From a virus (lineage: Duplodnaviria > Caudoviricetes), in the IMG/VR virus record IMGVR_UViG_3300044856_000241, positions 96,001-160,000 of that record: DNA of 64,000 bases; one strand, given 5' to 3'. Below are positions 11,153 through 20,321 of this stretch, piece after piece. The translations under genes and the position numbers were made by a program. A model generated the notes under the pieces. The model saw only the letters and a list, made by a program, of their open reading frames with translations. It did no database searches and was not told the DNA's origin. Every line of letters begins with the position of its first letter. Positions within the stretch are counted from its first letter, which is position 1.

Positions 11153-11768
11153 CTACCTCATTTCCTTCTTCATCTGCTACTTCAACGATTCGATATCTGT
11201 ATTTCCGCCGTTTACATTTATTAATATTTGCTTGTACACCAGCTTTTGAAATCCCTCTTTTATCAAACGACTCAATAATGTCTTCCACAATATCCATCTC
11301 GTTCTTGATATCACGTCGTTTTCTTGCATTGATCCAGAGTCGCTTACACCATTTCCATGCAATATACATGTGGAACGATTCCGTAAACTCAATCTCATGA
11401 AGAATATCCGATCTCTCTTTATCAACCGTACTTAACTCTTTTGTAAGTTCAGGTTCTCTATCAATCGCTTCCTGAAGGATTTCTCTAGCAGCACCAATTT
11501 TCCCAACCCACCTTGTTACATTATCCGACGGCTCATATCCGGTATTCTCAATCACTTTCGGCTGTACTTTCGGTTTTGGCTCTGGAATATCTGGAATCGC
11601 TTCCACGTAAAAACCCATCTTTTTGAGTTGTTTAGGCAGTGCTTGTACAATATTGCAAGCTTTACTATACTCAAAAGTCCCTTTAAATTTTTCTGAGCAC
11701 GATACAAACCGTCCATTCTCATCTAAACGGATATATGTATTTCTCTTATTTTTGATCATATACCGCAA
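11133..11768 (-). CDS. conserved hypothetical phage protein
   Basis: ORF; DILHEIE...RRDIKNE motif. Confidence 0.65.
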   Translation of the reverse strand: MRYMIKNKRNTYIRLDENGRFVSCSEKFKGTFEYSKACNIVQALPKQLKKMGFYVEAIPDIPEPKPKVQPKVIENTGYEPSDNVTRWVGKIGAAREILQEAIDREPELTKELSTVDKERSDILHEIEFTESFHMYIAWKWCKRLWINARKRRDIKNEMDIVEDIIESFDKRGISKAGVQANINKCKRRKYRYRIVEVADEEGNEVDGNATE

Positions 11769-12153
11769 TTTTTACCACTTCCTTTCTTCCCCACTGTATT
11801 CTCTACTGAATTTGGGTAAACTTAATAAACCTATTTATGTTTCAAAATAAGTATGAAAGACAAAAATTTTTGACTGTAAAAAATACACTTATTTCGTAAA
11901 AATAAGAAAATTAATTTCAATATTCAGTTTTGATTGTGTTGGATTGCCTTACGAACTGTAATTATGAAAAATATTATAAAAAATAAAATTACCAATAATT
12001 GCCAAGTGATTGACAATGTTGAATAAAATATGTAAAATGAAATTGTCGTATAGCAACCTGTTTGTTATATGATTCTGTTTGAAAACAGCTAGTGCGAGGG
12101 ATTGCCGTCCCGTTTGTAGCACTGGCTGTTTTCTTGTTTGCAAGAATAATGAT

Positions 12154-12199
12154 AGAACAAATGTTCTTATTTGTCAATAGTTTTCCGAACGTCTGTTCG
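12154..12199. promoter_or_regulatory. two LexA (SOS) boxes at a minus-strand sigma-A promoter
   Basis: AGAACaaatGTTCT 12154-12167 and CGAACgtctGTTCG 12186-12199; minus TTGACA-17-TATCAT. Confidence 0.8.
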
Positions 12200-12235
12200 T
12201 GTCTGCGTTCTGTTTTTTGTTTGATGTCACCATTA

Positions 12236-12499
12236 TCATTCCAATCTCACTTGAGGGAATGATAAATTATGAATTAACGACTCTGGTACACCGTCCACCC
12301 CACATAACGAAATCCGTGAAAAGAAATCGTTGTCTTCATAATTAATACCTGAAGCATTATGGATAATTCGTTTGCTTTCCGTTTTATTAATTCTTGCTGG
12401 TTTCGTGTGAACGTATGTAACAGTATCAATCGTATCAATCCATATAAGTCCCTGAGCTTCGTCAATCATTTTTTTTGCCGTCTCTTTGCTAACGTACAT
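12236..12499 (-). CDS. hypothetical protein
   Basis: start MYVSKE after SD GGAGG, coupled to upstream stop. Confidence 0.55.
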   Translation of the reverse strand: MYVSKETAKKMIDEAQGLIWIDTIDTVTYVHTKPARINKTESKRIIHNASGINYEDNDFFSRISLCGVDGVPESLIHNLSFPQVRLE

Positions 12500-12879
12500 T
12501 ACGCCAAGACCTCCTTCCAATTGATGTCCTCTCCGTAGAAATATGAATTGAAGCAAACTTTATTAATCATATTTCTTTCAGACTGAGAAGTAACTGAACC
12601 AATCTTTCCAATCACTTCGTCTTTTGATATTGTAAATGGCTGTTCTCCAAGAACCATAGAAAATAAATTCAGACCGTTTTCTCCATCGGCTTCCAGGCAA
12701 CCATGTACAGGCATATCTGTCTTTTTAATTTTTGAAGTCAAAGGCATAACAGTAATTATATTTGAATGACGTGTGCCAATTGCGTTGCTTACGATCACAT
12801 ATGGACGTTTCTTAGTTTGAACTGATCCATGTTCATATTTAATTTCTGCTGTGATAATATCATATCTTTTCAGATCCAT
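12499..12879 (-). CDS. PemK/MazF-family toxin (no adjacent MazE)
   Basis: GSVQ.K.RPYVIVSN...ITVMPLTS...VLGEQ motifs. Confidence 0.8.
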   Translation of the reverse strand: MDLKRYDIITAEIKYEHGSVQTKKRPYVIVSNAIGTRHSNIITVMPLTSKIKKTDMPVHGCLEADGENGLNLFSMVLGEQPFTISKDEVIGKIGSVTSQSERNMINKVCFNSYFYGEDINWKEVLA

Positions 12880-12949
12880 ATGTATCTCTCGCTCCTTCCT
12901 CTTATTATGTAAATTGCCTTTGTTTTTCTTTTCTCTTTCTATGGTTTAC

Positions 12950-13027
12950 ATTATATATCTATAGATAGTGTATGTCAAGATATATTATTGTAAAATATAT
13001 TATTTTTTGATATTATATCTATAGATA
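12950..13027. promoter_or_regulatory. divergent promoter region with two TATCTATAGATA operators
   Basis: palindrome at 12956-12967 and 13016-13027; perfect minus TTGACA-17-TATAAT (12978-12950). Confidence 0.65.
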
Positions 13028-13045
13028 TATAAGGAGAATATACCA

Positions 13046-13288
13046 ATGCTCAAATTTAAATTAAAAGAAATACTTGAAGAGGAACACAAATCAGGATACT
13101 GGTTGTCTAAATCGACTGGTATAGCCGCAAATGCAATTAGTAAAATGTGTAATCAAGAAACAACAAGCATCCGATTTGACACATTAGAAAAAATTTGTCT
13201 TGCTCTTAACTGTACTCCAGATGATTTATTCGAAAGTACTGATAAACAATTTAATATTCTTATCAATAAAGAAGACGGTACAAAATAA
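13046..13288 (+). CDS. XRE/Cro-C1 HTH transcriptional regulator
   Basis: LSKSTGIA...IRFDTLEKICLALNCTPDDL. Confidence 0.85.
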   Translation: MLKFKLKEILEEEHKSGYWLSKSTGIAANAISKMCNQETTSIRFDTLEKICLALNCTPDDLFESTDKQFNILINKEDGTK

Positions 13289-13300
13289 TGTACCGTCTCT
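13272..13300. terminator. bidirectional hairpin between convergent XRE and recombinase genes
   Basis: AGACGGTACA...TGTACCGTCT. Confidence 0.6.
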
Positions 13301-13311
13301 TCTTATTATAT

Positions 13312-14289
13312 TTATAATCCTTTTAACATCTCTTTCATACCAACGGCACCATTTGAGTAATTGTTAACTGTCGTTGTCATGGATGTATGTCGTAACTGTT
13401 GCTGTGCAAATGCAATATTACCGGTTGTTCCAAGAAATGTGGCATACCAATGTCTCATCATATGTGGTGTAATTCCGTTTCCGTTATATTTAAATAACTC
13501 TTTAATAGTACTTTCGGTAACACGACTCCCTTTCTTAGTCAAAAACAAAGCCTCGCTATCAGGTTCCATACTTGCCCTAAGTACGATCCATTCACTTAAT
13601 TTCTTTGCTGCACTGTCAGTTAGAAAAACATCCTTCTTTTCAATTTCTCTATAATCTCCTTTACCAATTACACTGATATATGGCATGTCATCATTGAGAT
13701 GGATATCTCCTAAATCTAATCCGGCACACTCAATTTCTCTTATTCCAGTCCATTTTAATGTATAGAAAATTGCTAGATTTCTAATGCGCCAAAAATCATC
13801 TTTTCTGTTAGCTAATTTCTGTTCCATAGAATCCATTTGTGAATCGGTTGGCAGTTTCTTAAATAATCCATTTCCAGTTGACACGCCTCTGTATGATACA
13901 CTTCTTACAATATTATAATCAACTGGACATTTTCTACTTCTTACTAAATACTCCCAGAAACTACTAATTCGATTCTTTTCTGTTCCAAGCGTCGTTGGGG
14001 CGATACCGTTTGTTTCTCTTTCTCTTAAATACATCGTCACATCTTCAGCCTCAATCTCCAGGAAGTCTTCCGGTTCAATTTCTGAAATACTATCCTTTTT
14101 AATCAGTTTCTTTTCAATCGACCAGTTCAATAACTGTTTAATTGTAGCCCAATATGTGATGCAACTTGATTTGCTTTCCAAATTGATAAAATACTTCTGA
14201 ATAAACTGTGGAACACTATCTTGCTCAAATCTTCGCTGTAAATTTTCTTCATTTTTCTTCTGAACTTCATCTTTGTACATTCTGATCAA
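13312..14289 (-). CDS. tyrosine recombinase (XerC/D-like), catalytic residues intact
   Basis: TGIR (R), GKG (K), HMMR (HxxR), LRH (H), NNY (Y). Confidence 0.9.
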   Translation of the reverse strand: MIRMYKDEVQKKNEENLQRRFEQDSVPQFIQKYFINLESKSSCITYWATIKQLLNWSIEKKLIKKDSISEIEPEDFLEIEAEDVTMYLRERETNGIAPTTLGTEKNRISSFWEYLVRSRKCPVDYNIVRSVSYRGVSTGNGLFKKLPTDSQMDSMEQKLANRKDDFWRIRNLAIFYTLKWTGIREIECAGLDLGDIHLNDDMPYISVIGKGDYREIEKKDVFLTDSAAKKLSEWIVLRASMEPDSEALFLTKKGSRVTESTIKELFKYNGNGITPHMMRHWYATFLGTTGNIAFAQQQLRHTSMTTTVNNYSNGAVGMKEMLKGL

Positions 14290-14475
14290 CCTACCTTTCA
14301 GTATTTCTTAATGTGATTAAAAAAGATTCACAAATTCCAAATATTTGACAAAATGCTTCGTTCTTTTCTTTCTTTGAAAATTCATTATATCCATAATCAG
14401 ATATCCTTTTTATTCTTTCAAATAAATCTACCAACAATTGAGTAGAATCATTTTTATTATTTTCTTTTGCCATAT

Positions 14476-14760
14476 TTAACCTACCTTTCTGCTATTTATG
14501 TTCTCTGTTGGATAATATTTACTTCTGATCCGACGTGCAATAACCATTTTTTCTTCAAAGTCATCACAAAATCTGACTTCTAAATTTTTAGTCGTAGAGT
14601 ATTTTTCTGAACAAATTTTATTAGCACACCATATGTCTTTAATGTGATTATTCGGTCTTTGATGTCTCCTCTGTAATCCATCTACTACAAAATTTTCCTG
14701 TAAACAATGTAAGCAAATAAATCTCGAACACTTCTTCGGATTTCCATTCTTATATCTCAT
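14476..14760 (-). CDS. Cys-rich (zinc-ribbon) hypothetical protein
   Basis: CLHC...HIKDIWC...C. Confidence 0.55.
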   Translation of the reverse strand: MRYKNGNPKKCSRFICLHCLQENFVVDGLQRRHQRPNNHIKDIWCANKICSEKYSTTKNLEVRFCDDFEEKMVIARRIRSKYYPTENINSRKVG

Positions 14761-14970
14761 ATATTCTCTCTTTTCTCCAATAAAAAAGAAGCAGAATTGA
14801 TCTGCTTCCATACTTTATACATTATTTATTTTTCTTCAATATTTCCGTTACCTGCGCTACAGGTATTTTATATATTGCAGCCACTTTCTTTTTATCTCCA
14901 ACCGTTTTATATTCATTTACTATATCCTGATCTGTAAACCCATAATCCACCGATTTGTTTATACAATTTT

Positions 14971-15285
14971 CTATTTCTCTTTCCATATCTGTATCCATGT
15001 CTCTCTACTTTTAACAGAAATATAATCGCCATACTCTTTACTCTTCACATATTCAATTGCATTATCCACCATAACAGAATATCCATATGCTAAACTTATA
15101 CAATCTTCTGCAACATTAATTCCCTTTCGCGCCATAAGACTCAGATAGTCATATGCGGTTTTCTTGCTTGTAAAAGTAACATCCGCATAATAATTCCGAT
15201 TGTCTTCTGTTATTTGTAATTCTTCCTTTCGCTTTACTTCTACTTCTTCCATTTTCTGAATTTGTGTCTGTATCCGAATCAACAT
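14971..15285 (-). CDS. hypothetical protein
   Basis: ORF with SD and upstream promoter. Confidence 0.55.
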   Translation of the reverse strand: MLIRIQTQIQKMEEVEVKRKEELQITEDNRNYYADVTFTSKKTAYDYLSLMARKGINVAEDCISLAYGYSVMVDNAIEYVKSKEYGDYISVKSRETWIQIWKEK

Positions 15286-15406
15286 ATATCTTTCCCTTCT
15301 TTCCCCATATGACAGAGTATATCACATTTCTTAACGAATAGCAAACAAATGTTTGTATAAAAATACCGCCAATGATTTCTCATTGACGGTATTAATCTTA
15401 CCAATT

Positions 15407-15853
15407 TTACATTCTTCTCTCTAATTTCAATGTGCTTATTAATGCTTCTTGTAAAACATTTGATACATTTACACCTGCTTTTTCAGCTGCGCAATTTAAC
15501 CAATTTGGCAAAGATACATTTCTTCTAACAGTTGTCATGTCAATTTGTCTTCTATAATAAAAGAAATCAACATCAACATAAGTCAAAATTCCTTGTGAAA
15601 AATCAACAATATCACTATTTTTTTTAGCCATTTCAATAGCTTTAGCTTCAGTTGAAGGCATAGGTAATTTTTCATTGTTATCTTCCATTGATATTCCAGC
15701 TACACCAATAGCATCTCTTGCCATTTCGATTGCATCTGTAAAATCGTCACCTTCAGTAAAAATATCCATATCTGGGACATATACAAGGAATGAATGCTCT
15801 GAACCATCTCTTGTATCATATATAAAAGTAGGATAAGACTGTTTCATAATCAT
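15407..15853 (-). CDS. hicB: HicB antitoxin
   Basis: VYVPD..IFTEG...AIEMARDA and VRRNVSLP..L...AEKAGVNVS.VLQ. Confidence 0.85.
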   Translation of the reverse strand: MIMKQSYPTFIYDTRDGSEHSFLVYVPDMDIFTEGDDFTDAIEMARDAIGVAGISMEDNNEKLPMPSTEAKAIEMAKKNSDIVDFSQGILTYVDVDFFYYRRQIDMTTVRRNVSLPNWLNCAAEKAGVNVSNVLQEALISTLKLERRM

Positions 15854-15863
15854 TTACCCCTTT

Positions 15864-16034
15864 CTACAAATTCCATTTCCTTATTATCATTTTTGCTAAC
15901 ATTTCATTTATTTCTTTATGTCTTGGAACTTTTTCTATATCATTCCCTCTTCTATAAATATCATGATTCCCGCCATGTCTTTCAAAAACAAACCCATTAT
16001 CTTCAAGTTTCTTAACTAAATCCCTTTGTTTCAA
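15864..16034 (-). CDS. hicA: HicA toxin (56 aa, not in ORF track)
   Basis: TTG start after GGAGG; MKQRDLVKKLEDNGFVFERHGGNHDIY...VPRHKEINE. Confidence 0.85.
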   Translation of the reverse strand: MKQRDLVKKLEDNGFVFERHGGNHDIYRRGNDIEKVPRHKEINEMLAKMIIRKWNL

Positions 16035-16114
16035 TAGTAATTATCCCTCCTTATACATATATAATACACACTATGGTGTGTATTGTCAACATGTAATAGC
16101 AAATCAATTACCAA

Positions 16115-16312
16115 TTATGCCTTTGCTTTCTCCAAGCTCTCACGAACGAGCCTCATTCCTTCTTCTTTCTCTTCTTTACTATATCCTACCGCATTAAGTG
16201 CTTCTAATGCTCCGCATTCTGGACAAATTTCAGAATTATCAATTCTGGAAATAGCCGGTATTTCCGTATATTCTTTCCCGCATTTAGGACAAATTTTTGC
16301 TATCTTATTCAT
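16115..16312 (-). CDS. zinc-ribbon protein
   Basis: CPKCG...PAISR.DN..ICPECG. Confidence 0.65.
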   Translation of the reverse strand: MNKIAKICPKCGKEYTEIPAISRIDNSEICPECGALEALNAVGYSKEEKEEGMRLVRESLEKAKA

Positions 16313-16544
16313 ATTTTTATTTTTCTCCTTTTGAAATGTCTGTTTCGTTATCTTTAATCTTATCTCTTATCATATCTATACACTCAAAAACCATATCTTC
16401 TGGAATTTGATTAGCAATTTCTTCTACGTTATCATATGTTGCTCCTATACAATAAGCAATACAGCAAGCCATTTCGCTACACATCTCGATTGGATGTATT
16501 TTAATTTTATCTATTTCCATAATATATTCCTCATGAAAACAATT

Positions 16545-17078
16545 TTATCTATCCAAATATTTTACAGGTACTTCTTTAGTAAGCCAAACATTATTTACAG
16601 ACAAGAAAAATTTATACCCATCTTTATACATTTGACCTGCGTTTACTTGATATACAATTTCTTTTCCATGTCTTTTACCAACCTGTTCTGCTGTAGTTAT
16701 ATCTTTTGAGAGATGAACATACAACCTACTCTTTGGAATTAATCCAATCTTATCAATTGATTCGATATACTTCTCACCAGTTCCATGATACAAGAATTCC
16801 GGTGGACACTTCTCTTCTAATTCTACATCTACAGGAATAGAATGTCCTTGATTAGCACGAATTAATGTCATGTTATCATTGAAAGAATAACGCTGTTTGT
16901 TATCTGTCTTTACAATTTCTTCCAACAATTCAAAATTAAATCCATGATTATCTTTTTCGATTCCGCTTATCAAGTCATTTACATTTGCCCATCCATGCTC
17001 ATCAAGTTCAATTCCAATAACATCTGGTTTGTGTCTTAGAATTAAACTCATATATTTACTAATACTATTTAAATCCAT
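16545..17078 (-). CDS. kptA: RNA 2'-phosphotransferase (Tpt1/KptA)
   Basis: LSLILRH-like MSLILRH, KQRY, IRANQGHS, LYHGT, RLYVHLS, VWLT motifs. Confidence 0.92.
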   Translation of the reverse strand: MDLNSISKYMSLILRHKPDVIGIELDEHGWANVNDLISGIEKDNHGFNFELLEEIVKTDNKQRYSFNDNMTLIRANQGHSIPVDVELEEKCPPEFLYHGTGEKYIESIDKIGLIPKSRLYVHLSKDITTAEQVGKRHGKEIVYQVNAGQMYKDGYKFFLSVNNVWLTKEVPVKYLDR

Positions 17079-17119
17079 TTGTATCTCCCTTTTCTCTTCC
17101 TATTTATGAAAACAATCTT

Positions 17120-17416
17120 TCATTTATAATAAAGTCTACTATGTACTTCGCTACATGGAAAATTTTTTCTTATTGACTTTACCATTAATTTCGCATAAGT
17201 CTTTAGTCTTATTATATCATCAATGTCATCAGCTTTAGCAGAACAGATATGAATAACTTTATGTTGTCCTAAGTGACAACTTTCTTCTTTATTAACTGTA
17301 ACTACAACTTGTATCTCACATTGAGACATTTCCCATATTTCAATCCATATCCAATTTGGAGTAGGATACATTTTTATTTCTTGTATAACCTTATCATCAG
17401 ATAGCAATATATTCAT
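17120..17416 (-). CDS. hypothetical protein
   Basis: start MNILL after SD, bounded by junction motifs on both sides. Confidence 0.6.
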   Translation of the reverse strand: MNILLSDDKVIQEIKMYPTPNWIWIEIWEMSQCEIQVVVTVNKEESCHLGQHKVIHICSAKADDIDDIIRLKTYAKLMVKSIRKNFPCSEVHSRLYYK

Positions 17417-17448
17417 AATACCACTCTCCCCATGAAAGCAATTTTTCA

Positions 17449-18034
17449 TTATGCTAATCTTCTTCCACTTTTTGCTTGATATTCAGCCCAACATTCATTA
17501 AATCTATTTGGGTTTATATCCTTGCTTCTAAGAAATCTTGCATATTTCCTTTTTCAATGGCTGCATTTCTTCTTTATAGATATCTTCATTGATCCAATTC
17601 CAAATATCCATATATGACATGTCATATTTCACGCCACGTTCAGGTTCCCATTCAAAAACATCAGCACATATAATATTGACCTTTTCGTTAAAATTAAGTT
17701 GCGATGCAACCAAATCAATTACTTCTTGATTCTTTTCGATCACAGTAATACTTTTTACTTCCGGCTTATCCTGAATTGCCATGATAATCATTCCAATTCC
17801 AAGACCACCAATAATAATATCTCCATATGCTTTTGAACAAAATTTTCTATTTGTATTCTTTTCCATATCTGTGTCTGACATAACACATTCTCCATTGTGT
17901 GTTAATCTAATATATGTCCCAGGCATAATCCCATCTAACATTGCTCTGAAATTGTCTTGTTTTATTTCAAATTTCTCTAATTTCCAGCCGTTATTTTCTC
18001 TTTCTTCTAGTAACTCTGACATATTTTTATACAT
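17449..18034 (-). pseudogene. SAM-dependent methyltransferase (spermidine-synthase-like), probable 1-nt frameshift near C-terminus
   Basis: IIIGGLGIG, VIEKN, ADVF motifs; removing one A near 17552 extends frame to stop at 17449-17451. Confidence 0.65.
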
Positions 18035-18500
18035 TCAATCACCTACTTTTTTAATCAAGTTTAAACCTCATTCCCATACATCATCATTATCAGCCAAAGA
18101 AGCATCAAATTTAAAATTATAACCTGTTTTATTCTTAACTATTTCTATTGCTTCATCATAACTTGTTGCTCTGATTACATAACAATAACTTGATGTGTCT
18201 TCTGCGTATTGCGGAATGTCCTTTACGATATATAAGTTCTTCTTCGTTTATTTTTCCTCCATCCAACGATCAGCAATAGTTTCCAATAAATCTGTTGTAA
18301 ATGGAACTGTCCAAGCACCAGAAATTCTATTGATATATTCATCTGCTGCCTTTCTCAACTCGCATCCTTCCGGAATAACACCTGTCTGTTGAAAATCTTT
18401 ATATTGCTGATAATACGTCTTTAATTCACTGTCCGTTGCGTTTTCAAAATAATTATAAAAATAAATTTGTTCTCCCATTCATTTCTCCTTTAATTATTAA

Positions 18501-18761
18501 TTACTTAGCTAATAACAAGATATCATCCCTATTAAATTCTACTAATCCATCAGCTTCTATAATATCTGCTAATTTGCAAACGATTTCTTTTTTCGCTTCA
18601 GAATTCCAATTTAAAAGTTCTCTCTTTATCCGCTCTTTTCCATCCATCTTACCAATATAATAATCTTCTAAAGTCATGAAGAAAAAATCATACTGATTGC
18701 CAAACATAGATGGTTTATTCTTCATATCGTTCAGATCCTTTAAAGTCTTTTTGTTTTTCAT
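18501..18761 (-). CDS. hypothetical protein
   Basis: ORF with SD AGGTGA. Confidence 0.6.
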   Translation of the reverse strand: MKNKKTLKDLNDMKNKPSMFGNQYDFFFMTLEDYYIGKMDGKERIKRELLNWNSEAKKEIVCKLADIIEADGLVEFNRDDILLLAK

Positions 18762-19027
18762 CTAATCACCTACCTGTTGAAATCGTTATTTCTTAGTTGA
18801 AAATAAACTGAAAGTCTCTATCATTTATTTCCACTGTAACAAGTTGTTTATTGTTGTCAAGAATATCTACAACCGCACTTTCATATTTTGCATATGCTGA
18901 TGTGCATTTATATTCCTTACCCTCTGTAAAGTGGTCGTCTGTTTTTCTACAAATAGCTTTATTATTTTCCATTTTTCTATCTCCAATCATCGCAAGAAAG
19001 TCGAATTTCCAATTATTTAAACTGCTT

Positions 19028-19276
19028 TTATTCTTCCTCTTCTCCATTCATAATTTCTATAATATCATCTAAATAACACGTATCTTCAACACATGGTTCA
19101 TTAGAAATTTCAAGTTCTTTATTGTTAAAATCAAAATTAAGATACATTCCATAATTGACACCACCTGTATTCACGGTTACATTCCAATCCCACATATCCA
19201 CGTCTGAATTTAACTTCTCAAAGCAATATGCCAATGCATTAACTGTATTATCAACATCTACTGAATATTTTTTCAT
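19028..19276 (-). CDS. hypothetical protein
   Basis: SD AAGGAGG. Confidence 0.65.
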   Translation of the reverse strand: MKKYSVDVDNTVNALAYCFEKLNSDVDMWDWNVTVNTGGVNYGMYLNFDFNNKELEISNEPCVEDTCYLDDIIEIMNGEEEE

Positions 19277-19558
19277 AATAATCTGCCTCCTTTTAAGACA
19301 TGAAAGTTAAATTTCAACACATTTAAAATTTAAAATATTGACCAGGATAAGCATCCATATGTCCGAAACATACATTATCAAACCAAAGATATCCTTGATT
19401 ATCCCATGTAATTGTTTCCCCTTTTTCGATATGGACTTCTTTATTTACATTATTATTCTCTTTAGTAAATCCAATACCATCAAAATCTTCTATACATACT
19501 GCTGTACTCATTTTTACAGTCTCCTCTCATAATCATCTGAAAGTTAAATTCCTTTGCC

Positions 19559-20254
19559 TTATTCACTCTCAATATCAACTGGATTTTCCAATTTTAGAAA
19601 CTCATCTCTATGTTCTACCAATAATGCACTAGCAATTGCATTGATTTTGTTCTGGCAAAAGGACTCAATTTCTCCTTTTGCCTCCATGACCGTTTTGTCC
19701 ATCTGTTCATTAAACTGATCTGCAATAAATCCAATATTACTTCCAATATCATAATTTAAGATATTGAGCTTTTTTAAAATATTTTCTTTATCTGCCTTTG
19801 TAAGTGTCTTTTTTGATGAAAACAATTCAGCAACTTCATTTATTAATTCTTTTGACTTTTCCATTGCCTTATCTGTCTGCTCTTTAAATTCTCCTGTAAA
19901 TTGTTCTCTCTTGCTAACAAAATCACACGGAGGTATTTTCCCATCTTTCTCAGTATAGCGAATTGTTACTGGAATTCCTGTTCCTTGTCCAAAAGATGTA
20001 ATTGCCTCAGCAAATTGTGAATAACTCATTTCGACTTTTACAATAGGCTTGTCGCCAAAAATATCGTCACGATTTAACTCTCTTGTAATATCAGCATGTC
20101 TAAGTTCCATTGTAATCACATTACTATGTTCAATACTACTTCCGAATAATGGTGTCTTTCCGCCATAAGCTCTGTTAAATAACAATGTACCATAACTAGG
20201 ATGGCTTGTTTTTGTTCCAAATTTTGTTTCTTCTACTTTATATTCGTTTTTCAT
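19559..20254 (-). CDS. conserved hypothetical phage protein
   Basis: SD GGAGG; LFGSSI...VEMSYSQFAEAITS...G.PVT motif. Confidence 0.75.
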   Translation of the reverse strand: MKNEYKVEETKFGTKTSHPSYGTLLFNRAYGGKTPLFGSSIEHSNVITMELRHADITRELNRDDIFGDKPIVKVEMSYSQFAEAITSFGQGTGIPVTIRYTEKDGKIPPCDFVSKREQFTGEFKEQTDKAMEKSKELINEVAELFSSKKTLTKADKENILKKLNILNYDIGSNIGFIADQFNEQMDKTVMEAKGEIESFCQNKINAIASALLVEHRDEFLKLENPVDIESE

Positions 20255-20274
20255 GTTTTTACACCTCCACAAAA

Positions 20275-20321
20275 ACACTATATATAGCGCATAATTTAAT
20301 TTGTTGCACTATATATAGTTT
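20275..20321. promoter_or_regulatory. tandem NrdR boxes
   Basis: ACACTATATATAGCGC and GCACTATATATAGTTT, 31 bp apart. Confidence 0.7.

Noticed and set aside
13312-14289. Recombinase as prophage integrase marking an att boundary
   Set aside because: Phage-like genes continue on both sides; no host genes or att duplication seen
15342-15355. CAAACaaatGTTTG as an SOS box controlling the recombinase (integron parallel)
   Set aside because: Two mismatches to consensus, and a terminator near 14789 lies between it and the recombinase; too weak to claim
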